A stretch of 64,000 nucleotides of DNA from Callorhinchus milii. Lineage: Eukaryota. Below are positions 28,138 to 41,496 of the stretch, piece after piece. The notes under the pieces are model-generated. The model was not told the DNA's origin and made no database searches. It was given only the letters and a program-made list of their open reading frames with translations. How positions within the stretch are numbered: the first letter of the stretch is position 1; each line of letters begins with the position of its first letter. The position numbers and the translations under genes are program-made. The DNA is taken from assembly GCF_018977255.1 (NCBI RefSeq), contig NW_024704742.1, forward strand, positions 66,776,001 to 66,840,000, read 5' to 3'.

Positions 28138-28584
28138 AACAGTTCCTAGCTGTTGGTGCCAATGTGTTAAATTAAGTCAATCCCATTCGCTGTTCGCCCT
28201 TGTTTGCATCCCTGTATGAAGACTTCAACAACTTTCCCTGTGACTGATGAAGTGTGAGGAATTCATGATGTCTGACACAAAATTTGCTTCTCTTCACGGA
28301 AACTTATATCCCCAAATGTAAATTGACTCGTGTGTAAAAAATATAAGTTGTTTAACATGAATACTTAAATGCCTTCTGCCACTTACTTGGGGCAGCGCCT
28401 GCTGGCCATCAGAGGGCACACTCCACACAAACCCTGACCCTCTCAACACCAAGCAAAGCAGCCTCAACACTCAACAAAATCATACACAGCAAACGTGAAG
28501 TTTTATATTCCTAAAGGTTAAGCATATTGATGATATAAATATTTCTATTGATGGCTCTTTGATTTTTAGTCTTTTTTAAGTTTG

Positions 28585-28800
28585 AGTCAACCCGGTGTCT
28601 GACACATGTGGAACCCCATCCCCGTGCTTAAGAGTATCCAAACCAAACTGAGATTTCCATGTATCCCACCAACACATGGAAATCCCAGAGATAGATTGTT
28701 GGAATGGAATGTGCACTCTCTCCCTGGAGGGACACATCCTGTTTACCTAATTCCAGAAAGTATTAGGAGCAGGTTGGCAAGAGCCAAGACTTGGGGAGTA
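28585..28800 (+). repeat. Unclassified dispersed repeat (representative copy)
   Basis: GGTGTCTGACACATGTGGAACCCCATC...CATGGAAATCCCAGAGATAGATTGT recurs at about 3561, 16607, 19500-19770(-), 36467, 41370(-), 41985(-) and 43380-43660(-). Confidence 0.75.
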
Positions 28801-29014
28801 AGGATTATTATTATTATCTTATCCTCCGATCAAACATATACTATTCAGACAGAGCAGGGGTAAAGCATGTTCGATCGCCAATGTATGGTGCCACTGGATG
28901 CTAATTAAATCCTCTGCTCAGATTAAGTGTATGACTCAGTGTATGAGACAGTAAATTAAGATCCCTAGTTAAAGGAGCTGTATCAATGCTAGACAGACCT
29001 TGGCTTTATTAATA

Positions 29015-29420
29015 TCAGCCTGGCTCAGTTGGTAGCACTCACATCCTGAGTCAAGAGGGTTGAGGATTCTGAGACGTTTGTTTGGGAATTGGCAAACATA
29101 CCACCTAAGATAACACTCCAATGCAATGCTGGGATCAGCGTTACATTGTTGGAGGTGCGGTCCTTCGAATGAGTCGTTAAACCGAGGTCCTATCTGCTAA
29201 TTCAGGTGGAAGTTAAAGATCCAATGGCACTATTCAAAAAGAGAGGGAGTTTCTCCTGGCCAACAATTCCCCCAAAATAAATGAAAAGGTCATTCACTTC
29301 ATGGCTGTCTGTGTGCAAATTGCTCCTGCATTTATCTACAAAATACAATCACTACATGTTACAGTAAATCCTGTGAAGAATTTTGACACAACCACCCAAC
29401 ATGAATGGCGCTATATCAAA
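29015..29420 (+). mobile_element. Older long-form Deu SINE
   Basis: TCAGCCTGGCTCAGTTGGTAGCACTC head; GGAGGTGCGGTCCTTCGAATGAG..TTAAACCGAGGTCC Deu domain. Confidence 0.82.
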
Positions 29421-31434
29421 ATCTTAGAATCATTGTTTATTAAGCATTAAGAAATATTATAGAGAAAATGAATATTTAACATGAGACAGGCAAATATAGC
29501 AACAGCAACCAACTTGCATTTATATAGCACCCTTCACGCAGGATAGCGTTTTGGAGGGCTTAACAATGGTGGAGTTTGAGCCACGGAGGGAGGGAGGGAG
29601 GGAGCAAGGTCTGTTATTAACAGCTCTATACCCTTTACTGCTGTTTATTAAAATGCTCAAACTTATCTGCAATTTGCAACATCTGTAGTGACAATTTAAA
29701 CATCGGTAATTACTGTATTTGAAAACAAAACCTACCTGATATTCCAGTTACTCCTTGCGGTGGAGATAAAACCTAAGTCGAGAAGGGCAGGTTTAGGATT
29801 ATGGCATTGTAGCTGGTAGATCAGTAAATGTTAGGGTGAGAAGTTTAGAGTCTGGGCTAGGATTTACATTTAACATTTGTCAGGAGGATCAAGTGCTTAA
29901 TCCACTTTAACCCATGTTATCCACTTTGATCTTATTACATGCATAAGGATGAGCTATAGATGGTAATCCTTCAGAGCAAATGTGTTAAGTAGTGTGATTA
30001 AAATCAGGCTTGATTCAAGAGGTAAGCGTTTTATTCAGTCAATGGCAAGCCTAAGTTTTTCTGATTGATCATTGTCTTAAATTACATGCAGTCAAGTGAA
30101 ATTGCTGAGATTTAATACATATTTTTAACACAATAAAGACCTGTTCCCTCTTATGATCTTACTGAATACATTCTCAATGTTGCCATGGAGCATAGCGAGA
30201 GCAACTTTGTAAAAAATTTGATAACTTTCAAGTGACACGGATCAAATATCTGAACATTATCGATGTTTCATCTGAATCATTCAGCATCAATGCACACGCT
30301 GGTGATAATTTACAAGAATGTACAACAAGGAAACAGGCCACTCGACCCAATCAGTCTGTGCTGGTGTTTATACTCCATATGAATCTTCACCCACTCCTTA
30401 CTCCCTCCCATACCTTTCGATTCCCGTCTCGCTCACGTGAAGGTCTAGCTTCCTCTCGAGTACATCTACACAATCTGATTGAAGTCTAAACCGTGAAAGC
30501 CCATTGCTGAGGCAATGGAATACCCAACACTTGCAGCCCAACAACAAAAGGAAGAGGGCATAAGGGTTCAGAGATATGATTGGCAAATTTAGGGCAGAAA
30601 CTGTAAAGGTGATGAGTTATAATACATAGCTAGGTTTCTTGAGCTTTAAAAGAAAACGTCTCAGAGGTGACCTTATGGAGGTCTGTAAGACGCTAAATGT
30701 GATAGAGAAATCCTTCAGAGATGTCAAGGTACAAGACTTGGGGCATGTTTTCAGAGTTATAGATGCACTGTTAGGTCAGGTTGAGTTGTACCTCTATACA
30801 CAGAGAGCAATGGGTTACACAGAGGAGTCCTGGTGAAGGGAGGTTGATCTTTCTCTGTAACAACTACAGACACACAGAATGTCACAGCACAGAAACAGAC
30901 CATTTGGCCCATCATGTCTGTTCTGGTGTCTTTCTCCACATGATCCACCTAGTCCAGTCCCATTCTTCCCCTCTCTCCCAGTCAGAGATTTTTCACTTGT
31001 GGCTATACAGGCCTGTGTACTGTAGCGCTGCAAGGATTATTGTTAATACTGTGACAGAATACAGTCAGTTTCAGAAAAAGGACACACTTGGATGGTACGC
31101 ACGTCAAATCAGTTGGAGATAACATTTTCAATCTAAATAAAAACATAACAATGTGAACTGTGAGGAAGTATAGAGCATCAATTTTCTTTGTTTAAGAAGC
31201 AAAGATTTGGAAAAAAAATGTCTGTCACGTGCATCCAGAAACACAACGCCCTCAGCAAAACTGTCCAGCTTACAGGAAAAGTCTACAATTCATTTTACAT
31301 TGTTGGAAACAGAGTAGCTAATCAGTACATTTTGGTCACTCAGTTAATATGAATAAATCTGAAGTTTGAGCAGTTTTATATATTACATTATCAATCGCAA
31401 TTACCAATAATTACATACCTTAAATGCACATTTT

Positions 31435-31440
31435 TTTATT
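31435..31440 (-). terminator. Candidate UVSSA polyadenylation signal (AATAAA)
   Basis: TTTATT on the + strand, about 190 nt downstream of the UVSSA stop, in AT-rich 3'UTR-like sequence. Confidence 0.55.
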
Positions 31441-31629
31441 AACGTTAAAAAAGATGTATGAGATATACACCAATAAATGAAATGCCACACCATGAGGAAT
31501 AATATTATCAAAATCTATATTAAAAAAGGATTATTTAGCTGTTCCGAGTTCACCCACATAGTGGGCTGCAGCCACAGGTTTAACAGATAAAGGCACCGTC
31601 CGGCAAAGTGGCTGTTTCTGGAGCTGATG

Positions 31630-31723
31630 TCACTGTAACGCATAGTTGAATTGGTTTGCAAACTTTTCGTGTTTCCTTTTGTCTATACGAGCTAAAGCTT
31701 CGGACACTCGTTTCACAGACAAC
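31630..31723 (-). CDS. UVSSA: UVSSA terminal coding exon
   Basis: Pyrimidine tract plus TTTGCAG| acceptor. Encodes (K)LSVKRVSEALARIDKRKHEKFANQFNYALQ*, resembling the UVSSA C-terminus KHEKFSNQFNYALN. TGA at 31632-31630. Confidence 0.93.
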
Positions 31724-32921
31724 CTGCAAAGAAAAACAAAAGAAAAAGGGTAAGGTAAAGATGCCCAATGATGTCTGCTTTGAGACTTGTGTAGTACTGC
31801 TGGTGCATTTCTATGTGTTACCATAGGGATATCAGTTGGCACAGCCATTGAGCCATAGAAATATACACCATAAAAACAAAGGCCAATTATACAATCATGT
31901 TCGTGCTAGCTCTTTTATAGAGCAATCCTTTCAGTACCATTAACATGCCATTTCTCCATACCTCATGGTTATTTGGATTTCAGTTCAGATTTAAGGTCGG
32001 GAGATGAGAACTTCAGATATCAATTTCAGAAGTCAACCCCTTGAATCAAAAGTCTTCCGAGCTGGGCAGAGGCTGAGAGGAGGTGTTTAGTCAGTAATTT
32101 TGTTCACTGTGATTCCCATATTAAATGACTGGTTGGCACAAGCCATTAGTCTGGGCCTGTTTAACTTCACCTCCTCTTCTGTTAGAACAGCAATATCCCA
32201 ATTTTTCGGTTTTAAAATCTATTTTAGGTTTTTCATGGCAACGCAATAGTACAAGTAAAACAGTATTGCAATCAATTAATAGTGGCATCAATGGGAGTAA
32301 TATGGCCCCAAAAAGGTGTCCAACTGCACTTTAAATTTAGAAATTCCTAAAGTATGAAATAGGAATTATCGGGATGTGCTGGATGCCGGTTGCCACCTCC
32401 CTTGTCACCAATCTGATTGTTGATCTACATAATAATCCTTGCATTTGATATAACGCCTCATCATATCATTAAGATGTCTCAAAGCTCTTTACAAGTTTTT
32501 ACTGTGCAGTGTAATGACTGTTAAAAACCCACAACCTTCTGATTCAGAGGCAAGAGTGCTACCACCTCAGCCAGGCTGATACCTGAACCTCGGTCACACA
32601 TTCAACTTCTATCTTGTCCCTTTCAAATAGCAGATTAAAGGAATTAATCTGAGTGTTTTGTTAAACTGGACTCCTAATGCGCGAGCTGACTTCATGGTAT
32701 TGAGAATAATCCCCAGAAAGGAGGGGGGGGGGCGGCAGGGTGTGTGTGCACGCGTGTGTTGGATCCATCTCTGGTCACACAGAGATAAGTTCCCATTCAA
32801 TAGTTTAGGAATTTCCAAATTCATATTGCATTTTAAGACTCCAGTATCTATCACATTCCAGGTGCAGGACAATGTAACTAAATGACGAGGAGTCACTGAA
32901 GTGTAGTTGTAAAATGAAAGG

Positions 32922-33338
32922 AGATGTCAGGAGTTTTCTTTGGTACAATTTTATTGCTGTTATGTCTTTGCATAAAACGTGCATGCAGCGATTTTCACTG
33001 ATTACTTGACAGAACTCATCCACGCCCGTCTTTAGAAGTGTAAAAAAAACAATCAACGCCTGAAAGGTTTCATGCTTTTCATCATTGAACCAGTGTTTCA
33101 TGTGCTGCCTTTAGTTTGATGGGATTCAAAAAGTGACACCAAATGCTTTCAACTGACTGCGAGCAAAACAAAACCACGTATTATCGTATACCTCTTTAGT
33201 TTAGGAATAATCACTTTGACTGCAATTGTACAGCGAATGTCCTCAAGGAAAACTTTGAATTAAATAAAAATTGAAACATCTTAAATATGAGTATCTGAAC
33301 ATTGATTGCCCCCACAGATTTTACGCACAAAATCAATA
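32922..33338 (+). repeat. Local duplication, copy 1 (about 410 bp)
   Basis: Colinear with 36932-37339 from ATGTCAGGAGTTT to CACAAAATCAATA. Confidence 0.9.
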
Positions 33339-34112
33339 ACAACAACTTGCATTTATATAGCACCCCTCACTCAGGATAGCGTCCCAGAGCCCTTTATAAT
33401 GCCTGATCACGACGCCGAGGCGGGGGGGAGGTGACCGTAAGAATGCTCAAAGACGAGGGTCTTCAAGCACAACCTGAAAAGGCGGAAGGAAGGGGCAAGG
33501 CAGAGGGATAGAGGAAGAGTGTTCCAGAGTTTTGGGGCGTAGTGGCTGAAAGCGTGACCACTGATGGTGGAACTGAGGGCACGCGGGACATGCAGGAGGC
33601 CACAGCCAGTCGAGCAGAGTCAGCAGGCTGGGGTGTAAGCAAGTCGGAGAGGTAGGGAGGTGTCAGGCATGAAGGAATCTGAAAATGAGTGTGAGGATCT
33701 TGAAATTGATCCGTTTAATGATAGGGAGCCAGTGGAGAACTGTGGAGAACTGGTGTGATAGGGATATGGAGTTTAGTATGGGCGAGTATGCGGGATCAGT
33801 TGGATCTTGTGGATGGTGGAGCTGGGGAAACTGGCGCAGAGGGTATTTGAATAGGCGAGGCGGGAGGTGACAAACGCATGGACGAGTGTTTCGGTCGGAG
33901 GTGGGCCATGTGGTGGAGGTAGAGGAAGGCGGTCCTGGTCAGGGACTGGATGTGGGGAAGGAAGGACAGCTGTGGGTTGAGCTTGATGCCTAGATTGCGC
34001 ATTGGTTTGGTGAGTCTGAGGGATAAAGCGGGGAGGTTGAGGATGTCAGAGCCGCAGGGAAGAAGGCATTGACGGGACCAAGGAGTATGGCTTGCCGATA
34101 TTCAGTTGCAAA
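33338..34112 (-). mobile_element. L2 LINE 3' fragment (second tail subtype)
   Basis: Minus-strand MRNLGIKLNPQLSFLPHIQSLTRTAF resembles [16 protein letters not shown] of the 52.7-54.6 kb element. Tail ...GTGCTATATAAATGCAAGTTGTTGTT. Confidence 0.85.
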
Positions 34113-34126
34113 GCAGTGCTGAGGTT

Positions 34127-34590
34127 AGAATCATAGAATCTTAGAGTACAGGTGGAGGCCATTCAGTCCTGTGCCGGCTCTTTGAAAGAGCTACCCAATC
34201 AGTCCCACTCCCCGCTCGTTCCCCATTTCCTTGCAAATTTTTCCTGTTCAATTATATATCCAATACCTTTTTGAAAGTTGTTATTGAATCTGCTTCCACC
34301 ACCCTTTCAGGCAGTGCATTCCAGACCATAACAACTCACTGGGTAAAACAAAATGTCTCCTCATCCCACCTCTGGTTCTTTTGCCAATTATTTTAAATCC
34401 ATGTCCTCTGGTTTCCAACCCACCTGCCAGTGGATTCAGTTTCTCCCCATCTACTCTATCAAAACCTTCAGAATTTTGAACTCCTCTATTAAATCTCTCC
34501 TTAACCTTTTCTGATCTAGGGAGAACAATCCCAGCTTCTCTAGTCCCTCTCTTTAATTATAAAGTCCCTCGTCCCTGGTACCATTCTGGT
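34127..34590 (-). mobile_element. CR1 LINE 3' fragment
   Basis: (TAGAATCA)n tail on the + strand followed by CR1 3' ORF-like sequence. Confidence 0.75.
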
Positions 34591-34749
34591 AAAGGTTCTA
34601 CACCATCATGAAACAGATCCCTAGACAAGCACAGTTTTCTCTGATCCACTAAACCAAAGTACGGAGATGGTGGGAGAAACCTGATTCACTATGATTGAAG
34701 CCACTTTACCATTTCCTGCGCAGAACATTCTTAAAAAAAGGGAAGAAAC

Positions 34750-35190
34750 ATAGATTTACAGAGAATGTACAGCACAGAAACAGGCCATTTAGCACAACTA
34801 ATCTGTGACAGTATTTATACTCCACATGAGTCTCTACCCACTCCTCTTTCCCTCCTATACTCTTCTATTTCTCTCTCTCTCATCTGTGTATCCAGCTTCC
34901 TTTTGAATGCATCTACACTATTTGATTCAACTACTGCTTCAGGCAGCGAGTTCCACAGTCTCACTACCCTCTGCATGAAGTAGTTTTTCCTAAATTCTCT
35001 TTTATATCCCCTAATCACTATCTTATACTTGTACCCTTGGTTATTTATACTAACTTTATGAAACCCATTTCTAATTTTAAACACCTCTATTAGATCTATT
35101 AAACGTCTCTTTTCAGCAAAACAAAGGCTAAATCTATCCAGCCAAACCTGATAGTAGTAACCTGCCAGCCCTGGTATCATCCTACTGAAC
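34750..35190 (-). mobile_element. CR1 LINE 3' fragment
   Basis: EKRRLIDLIEVFKI...FRKNYFMQRVVRLWNSLPEAVVESNSVDAFKRKLD. Confidence 0.85.
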
Positions 35191-35744
35191 CTACTCTTTC
35201 CATCATTGCTATGTCCATCTAGTTTACTTGTAGAATGTACTTTATAAACTTTTTTCAAGCCAAAGTATTCTCCAGAAGCTCTGCCTGCAGCAACCATAGG
35301 CTGGATTGAATAAGATGCATTGCAGAAGGCAGCCAGTCACATTTATGTAGTGGGGGTATCTCCAATGGGAATTTCAATAGGATTAGAGTGAACGGTTATT
35401 CCCAGTCCTGGAGTTAATCTCTTTCAATATCAGACTCCAGCACGGTTGAAGCTGTAGATGGGTCAGAATATGTAGAAGAGGTCATAACCGTCAACATCTC
35501 AGCCTCTCTGACATACTGGTGCATTTGGTTTGCATCACTGAAGCTGGAGCTGAAACGTATCAATCTGTGCCACTCACGAGCATCTCCTGGGAACTCCCTC
35601 AGAAATGGCATCCACAGCAGCTGTTTCAGTTTTAATCTTTGACTTTCCAAGTTGGATTAAAAAAACACTTGCGTGACATTGCTTGCACAAATTGGCTGCT
35701 GCGTTTGCCTACAAATACAGTCACTACACTTTGCAGAAAACTAT

Positions 35745-36064
35745 AATAATAATAATAATCCTTGCATTTGATATAGCGCTTTTCACGTCGGGAGGACGTC
35801 CCAAAGCGCTTCACAGAACACACTGTAAAGTGAATTGACTGTATATTTGTGGGCGAACGCGGCAGCCAATTGCGCACAGCAATGTCCCACAAACAGTCGT
35901 AGATTGAAAATGACCAATTTTATTATTGTTTTGTTTTGGAGGGACTATTATTAGGCTCTGTGTGGAGTAAGGAAACTTGCCAAAGGTTTCGCCCTCTGCC
36001 TGGAATTGAACTCAGGTCTCTCACTTGCAAAGCGAGTGCTCTAACCACTGAGCTACAGGACTCC
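35745..36064 (-). mobile_element. Full-length young Deu-type SINE with AAACTAT target-site duplication
   Basis: Head GGAGTCCTGTAGCTCAGTGGTTAGAGC with B-box, (ATT)n tail. TSD at 35738-35744 and 36065-36071. Confidence 0.93.
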
Positions 36065-36931
36065 AAACTATGTGAAGTGTTCTGAAAAGAACGGGGGAGA
36101 GAGGCGGGATGATCTGGAGGGAGAGGGGGGGATGATCTGGGGGGAGAGGGTGGTGAACCTGGGAGAGAGGGGGATGACCCTGGACTAATGGGAGTGATGG
36201 GGGGGGAGGAGAGAGAGAGAGAGAGAGAGAGAGGAGACAATGGTTTACTGTATGTATTGCACACTTATACAAAAGCTGGTTGCTGCCTTAATAGTAATAC
36301 ACTGGTCACTCAATCCACGACTGTTTGTGGGACACTGCTGTGCGCAATTGGCTGCCGTGTTTCACCCAGACAACACAGTGACTATACTTTACAGTATATT
36401 CTGTGAAGCTCTTTGAGACGTCTCAACGACGTGATAAAGCGCTATATCAAGAATTATTATTATTACGGAATGTGCACTCTCTCCCCAGAGAGATGCACCC
36501 TGTTTACCTAATCCCAGAGAGTATTTGGTGCTCATTGTCAACAGCCAAAGCTTGTAGAACACAGCGTGTGCGTTAGGATCTGCTGTAGTTTAACTAAAAA
36601 TAATAGTAGTTCAAATTGCATAGTTTGCCGCTTACTAATACCATCTACCTTGGCTTGCTGGGTTTAACAGAAGGTGAGTGGGAAGAATCCCTACTCCCCC
36701 AACATGGGGCTTCAACCCACAACCAACTGACTCAGAGGCAAGAGGGTGCTAGGCTGATTATGCCTACGTGGGTAGGAAGTTTTTGCCCACAAAATACACA
36801 GTCATTACACTTTATAGTATATACTGTGAAGCACTTTGAGATTTCTTGAAGACGTGATAAGGCGCTATATCAAATGCAAGGATTATTATTATTATTATTA
36901 TTCATGGTGCTTTTTCAAGAGATGTTTGCAA

Positions 36932-37339
36932 ATGTCAGGAGTTTCCTTTGGTACAATTTTACTGCTGTTGTTATTTTGTATAAAATGTGCATGCAGCGAT
37001 TTTCACCGATTACTTGACAGAATTCATCCATGCCCATCTTTAGAAGTACATAAAAAAAATCAACATCTGAAAGGTTTCATTCTTTTCATCACTGAACCAG
37101 TGCTTCATTTACTGCTTTTACTTGGATGGGATTAAAAAAAAGACACCAAATGCCTTCAATTGACTGCGAGCAAACAAAACCATGTAGTAGGCCTCTTTAG
37201 TTTAGGAATAATCACTTTGACTGCAATTGTACAGTAAATGCCCTCAAGGAAAAGCTTGAATTAAATAAAAATTGCAACATCTCGAATATGAGTGTCTGAA
37301 CAATGATTGTCCCCACAGCAATTACACACAAAATCAATA
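36932..37339 (+). repeat. Local duplication, copy 2
   Basis: Colinear with 32922-33338, with scattered substitutions and small indels. Confidence 0.9.
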
Positions 37340-38436
37340 CTTAAAGCAATGTGATACCTCAAAAGTGCTTTCCATTAATAAAAACACACCAGGACACTAT
37401 ATGTTTAACAGTATTATTTTCTATCTCCACCACCTGTGAAATTAGGAAACAGCAGACATGAAGCCCAAATATCTAATATTTAAGAGGACTCTTTAGCACT
37501 AATTCAGTGGCCTTGATACGTCCTGGTGTGTCATGTTAAGTCTGGCATCAGCATTGCTGTGCAGTGTGGCAGTGTAAATGAATTGATATCCATTTCAATC
37601 CTATGAACCCATTCACTAAATTTTATTGACAAGAACAGCAGGATTTTATTACTTGTAAATTCAAGGTTCTTTCCTTGTGATAAAAGAGCCAGGAGGTTAA
37701 TTAACCCTTTACATAACCTCCACACCAAGTTTCTTGAAAGAAAATCCTGTGTTGCATTGAACAGAGCAACCGGAGACCACACAACTTCATCGCCCTTAAA
37801 ACCCCTCTCTCACTTTATAAAAAAAATTACGTTTTCAAGAATCATATAACGATTTCAGATTTTACCATCAGAAATCAAAGCAATGCATTTATGAATGATT
37901 GGTGCAAACTTTCCTTTTGTCTTAGGGAGCTTCACCTCAAACCGGGGTATGATATTGCAAATTGTGTAAACCATGTGTAAATATAGGTTTGCTATGCATT
38001 AACCATGTCTACAGAGAGAATCTACAGAGACCCTTAACTGTGTAATTAACAACTGATGAAAACAATTACGGAATCGCAATTTTATTCACTTATTTTCTCC
38101 CCTCGGCCTCAGTCACCCACTGTGATGTTTCCCAAGTGGCCACTCAGGTTTTCAAAGAATATTTGACCATGTGGGGGAGGGGTGTGTTAGTTGTGCTTCT
38201 GAATCTTGAGACTTTCTTGGTCTGTCTGCACTCTTTACTGGATATACCTGCTGGGCCATTGGAGGATGCACATCACCACTATTATTTAAACAGTCCTGGT
38301 ATTTATAGCCCCTGTTGTAAAACAGTGATCTGAGGCTATGGAGGAGCTGAAACAAGCCGGCAGAGATGGAAATCCAGACCCAGTACAAGCGTGATGGGCT
38401 AACTGGTCTGCTTCTCTGCATTATTATTATAAAAAT

Positions 38437-38841
38437 AATAATCGTTGCATATGATACAATGCATTACCACGTTGTTGAGTCTCAAAGCGCTTAACAGAAT
38501 ATACGGTAAAGTGGATTGACTGCATATTTTGTGGGCAAATGCGGCAGCCAATTGTGCACTGCAGGGTCCCACAAACAGTCGTGGAGTGAGTGACCAAATT
38601 ATAATTTATTTATGAAGGGATTATTACCTCCAAGAAAGTGATCCGCCAATTGACTAACAACTATATAATATTAGATTATTATTATTATTATTATTATTAT
38701 TAACCGGGTTCCTACTTATTGCTAGGTAAACAGAGGCTTGTGAAGTAAGGAAATTTGCCTAAGATTTCGCCTGGCCCAGGAATCAAACCTGGATCATCTT
38801 GCTTGCGAGGCGAGTGCTCTAACAAATCACTAAAGGACTCC
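38437..38841 (-). mobile_element. Full-length SINE, same family as 27773-28137, with an internal (ATT)n run
   Basis: Reverse-complement match; head lies about 80 bp from a UVSSA exon donor. Confidence 0.85.
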
Positions 38842-38920
38842 ATTCTATGATTCTATACATTGGAAATAAAAGCACTTCAGATATTTCGATACACACAGTG
38901 GAGAAAAAATAAGTGCTTAC

Positions 38921-39104
38921 TTATTGAAGATGCGCTTCTCCAGCCTGGATCTCGATGTATTGCTCTGCTGCTTCAAGTCAGTGAGGTTTGGGTACTTTTT
39001 CTTCTTTCCTTTTCCCTTTTTCCCTTTTTTATAGAGTTTAGAGGATCCCAAATCGACACCTTTGGCAGCTTCAATCTCTCTCATCAGCTCTGGATCCCGC
39101 CAGT
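38921..39104 (-). CDS. UVSSA: UVSSA penultimate coding exon (basic, NLS-like stretch)
   Basis: Acceptor CTATAG|, phase 1. Encodes (D)[60 protein letters not shown](K). Donor AA|GTAAGC, phase 2. Confidence 0.93.
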
Positions 39105-39377
39105 CTATAGGATGGTGAGAAACACCTATTACTCTCTCTGACATTGGGAATGAAAAGGGAGGGTTGAGCATGAATTCAGACTTCCCTTCAACCTTCCTGC
39201 ATTAACATCCATACTTTTTCAATACTCCACCCAATTCATATTTTATCAATACACTCCTATCTTATTCGTTCACCTAAGAAATACACAGTAAAATCCTCTG
39301 AAGCGCTTTGAGATGTATCTCAAAGCGAAAGATGTTGTATCCAATGCAAGGTATAGTATTTTATTCATGACATGGAA

Positions 39378-39693
39378 GTGGAGACCTGTACCATAGTGGT
39401 TAGTGCTCTCGCCTTACAAGCAAGAGGACCCAGGTTGATTCCTGGGTGGGAGAAAACCTTAGGCAAGTTTCCTTACTCCATACTGGTCTGCTTACCTATG
39501 GAGTATGAACCCAGTTGTTAGTCGATTGGCGGATCACTTTCTGGGGGTAATAATCCTTCCACAAAAAAATTATCTGGTCGCTCAATCCATGACTGTTTGT
39601 GGGACATTGCTGTTCGCTATCGGTTACCGTGTTTCGCCCACAAAATACACGCGTCTCAATATATCAAATGCAAGGACTATTATATTATTATTA
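39378..39693 (+). mobile_element. SINE, same family as 27773-28137
   Basis: Head, middle segment and Deu core present; 3' internal deletion. Confidence 0.82.
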
Positions 39694-41496
39694 TAAGTTA
39701 TTAATACACCACTCGTACCTTATTAATAGTTTATTAATTCACTATCCTTAACCTATTCATACTTTATAAATACACCACAGTTTAGGTTCCTGCACAAGGC
39801 AGGGTGGAGAATTCAGTACCCTGTGTCTAACCCAAAACAATACCCAAACAGCGAAGACTCATTAAAAGTGGCGAAACTGTTCCAATTCCAAAATATATCA
39901 CCTAACAAATGATGATTTACAAAACAAAACAAAATTTCTTTGTAAGAGGTGGTTGCGGAGATTTAGTGCAGTCATCGAAGAGTTAAAGCTAAATGTCTTG
40001 TATAAATGGAGCTGGGGATCGAGCGGGCACGATGGGAGGAGGAAGAGAGAGCAATTCTTTAAAGAAAGTTGATCCAAAAGATTTATTTAATCCTGAAAGA
40101 GATTAAATATAAAGTGACACAAGTCAAAAAATGAAACTATTAATCCGTGATTATGGTCAAAATAAAACCCAGTTAGAGATCAGCCCTTCCAATAATAACA
40201 AGGCGGTGCGGCTCAGAGTTCCATGAATGGGACACTTATATAAATACAACAAAAATACCGAGGCCCCAGTCAGGATGAAATGAGCATTTCAACAAAATGA
40301 AGGAGCAATTTAAAAGCCTTTGAAAAAAATCAATAGAGTGCCAAGGAAGAACAGTCTTTTAGAGCCTTGATGGACCTTAAAGCTCTTCATACAGTGTTAC
40401 TGACTTTACTGGTGGTGAAAAAAAATTACACAGTTTGGGGGAGAAAAATCAATATTGTAGTTAGTAAAGAGATGCTATTTCACAACTGACTGGCCAGCGG
40501 CCTGCCTTCACACGGTTGTCCTTATACCTGTTTGTTAACAAGTCACTAAAGGCTGAAAAACCAGATAGTCTTGAGGACTGACACAAAAAATAGGCACTTA
40601 ATTTGCTCCTATGTGTGAACCATTGGAAGGGATGAGAGCTGCAGATTAGCAGGTCACTGTGCTTTATCATCGATTCCTGGCATCCAGGCCACAGGCCTCA
40701 TCGTCATTATGTGGACATCTGTGTAGGGTTAAGGTTTTATGTAAGCACTGTAAACTGGGGGGCGGTTGTGGGGGGGGGGTAGAGTCAAATGATTTAGACT
40801 GTAGGAAGCACCATTGTTCTGCTCACATTTCTGCTGTCATTCCCAAATAGGCTGTAATACTGTGGTGTCTATGTTCATTCACTGTGTCAAACAGTATTTG
40901 TGATTCAATCTATTTTAAAATGGAACACTGAACACTTCAAACTGCGGAATTCAGATTGAATTCAGGAATCAAAAAGGTACCTGAAGGTAGTAAAGGGGGT
41001 CATAGCCAGACATCAAGTCCCAGCATTTCTCATGGTCCTAACATCATGGTCTGAAAATTTAAGATTGTGCAGAGTTGTGGAAAATTTTTAAATTCAGTCT
41101 TAAATTGGAAAGCAGTTTTCTGTAGTTTCTAAAAACAAAAAGAACTTTGGAAAAACTAAGGCCAAGAGAATGAAGATTTTCGAGCTTCCAATTCCACTGA
41201 AGCTGCTGTTGGGATCGATGCTGCACCCAGAGGCTTCAGTGGATGGAAACTTTTTGTGCACCTGGACTGACGTCACCTCAATTACTGTGCTGACTTCCTC
41301 GGGGAAGTGCTTGTGACACTTGCATTTACACATTGCCTTTTCCCTGCACACATCGTTAGCAGTACCCTAAAGTGCACACCCTGCCCCCCCATCCCAGCCT
41401 TGCCTCTAGCCAACCTGTGTCTAATGCTCTTTGGAAATAGCCAAGCAAGATGCTTCCCTCCAGGGAGAGAGCACATATTCTATTCTAGACACAGGA

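Noticed and set aside
35990..36064. tRNA gene candidates (also near 27773, 52788 and 43140)
   Set aside because: tRNA-like heads run directly into SINE bodies and I could not close a full acceptor stem; they are SINE heads.
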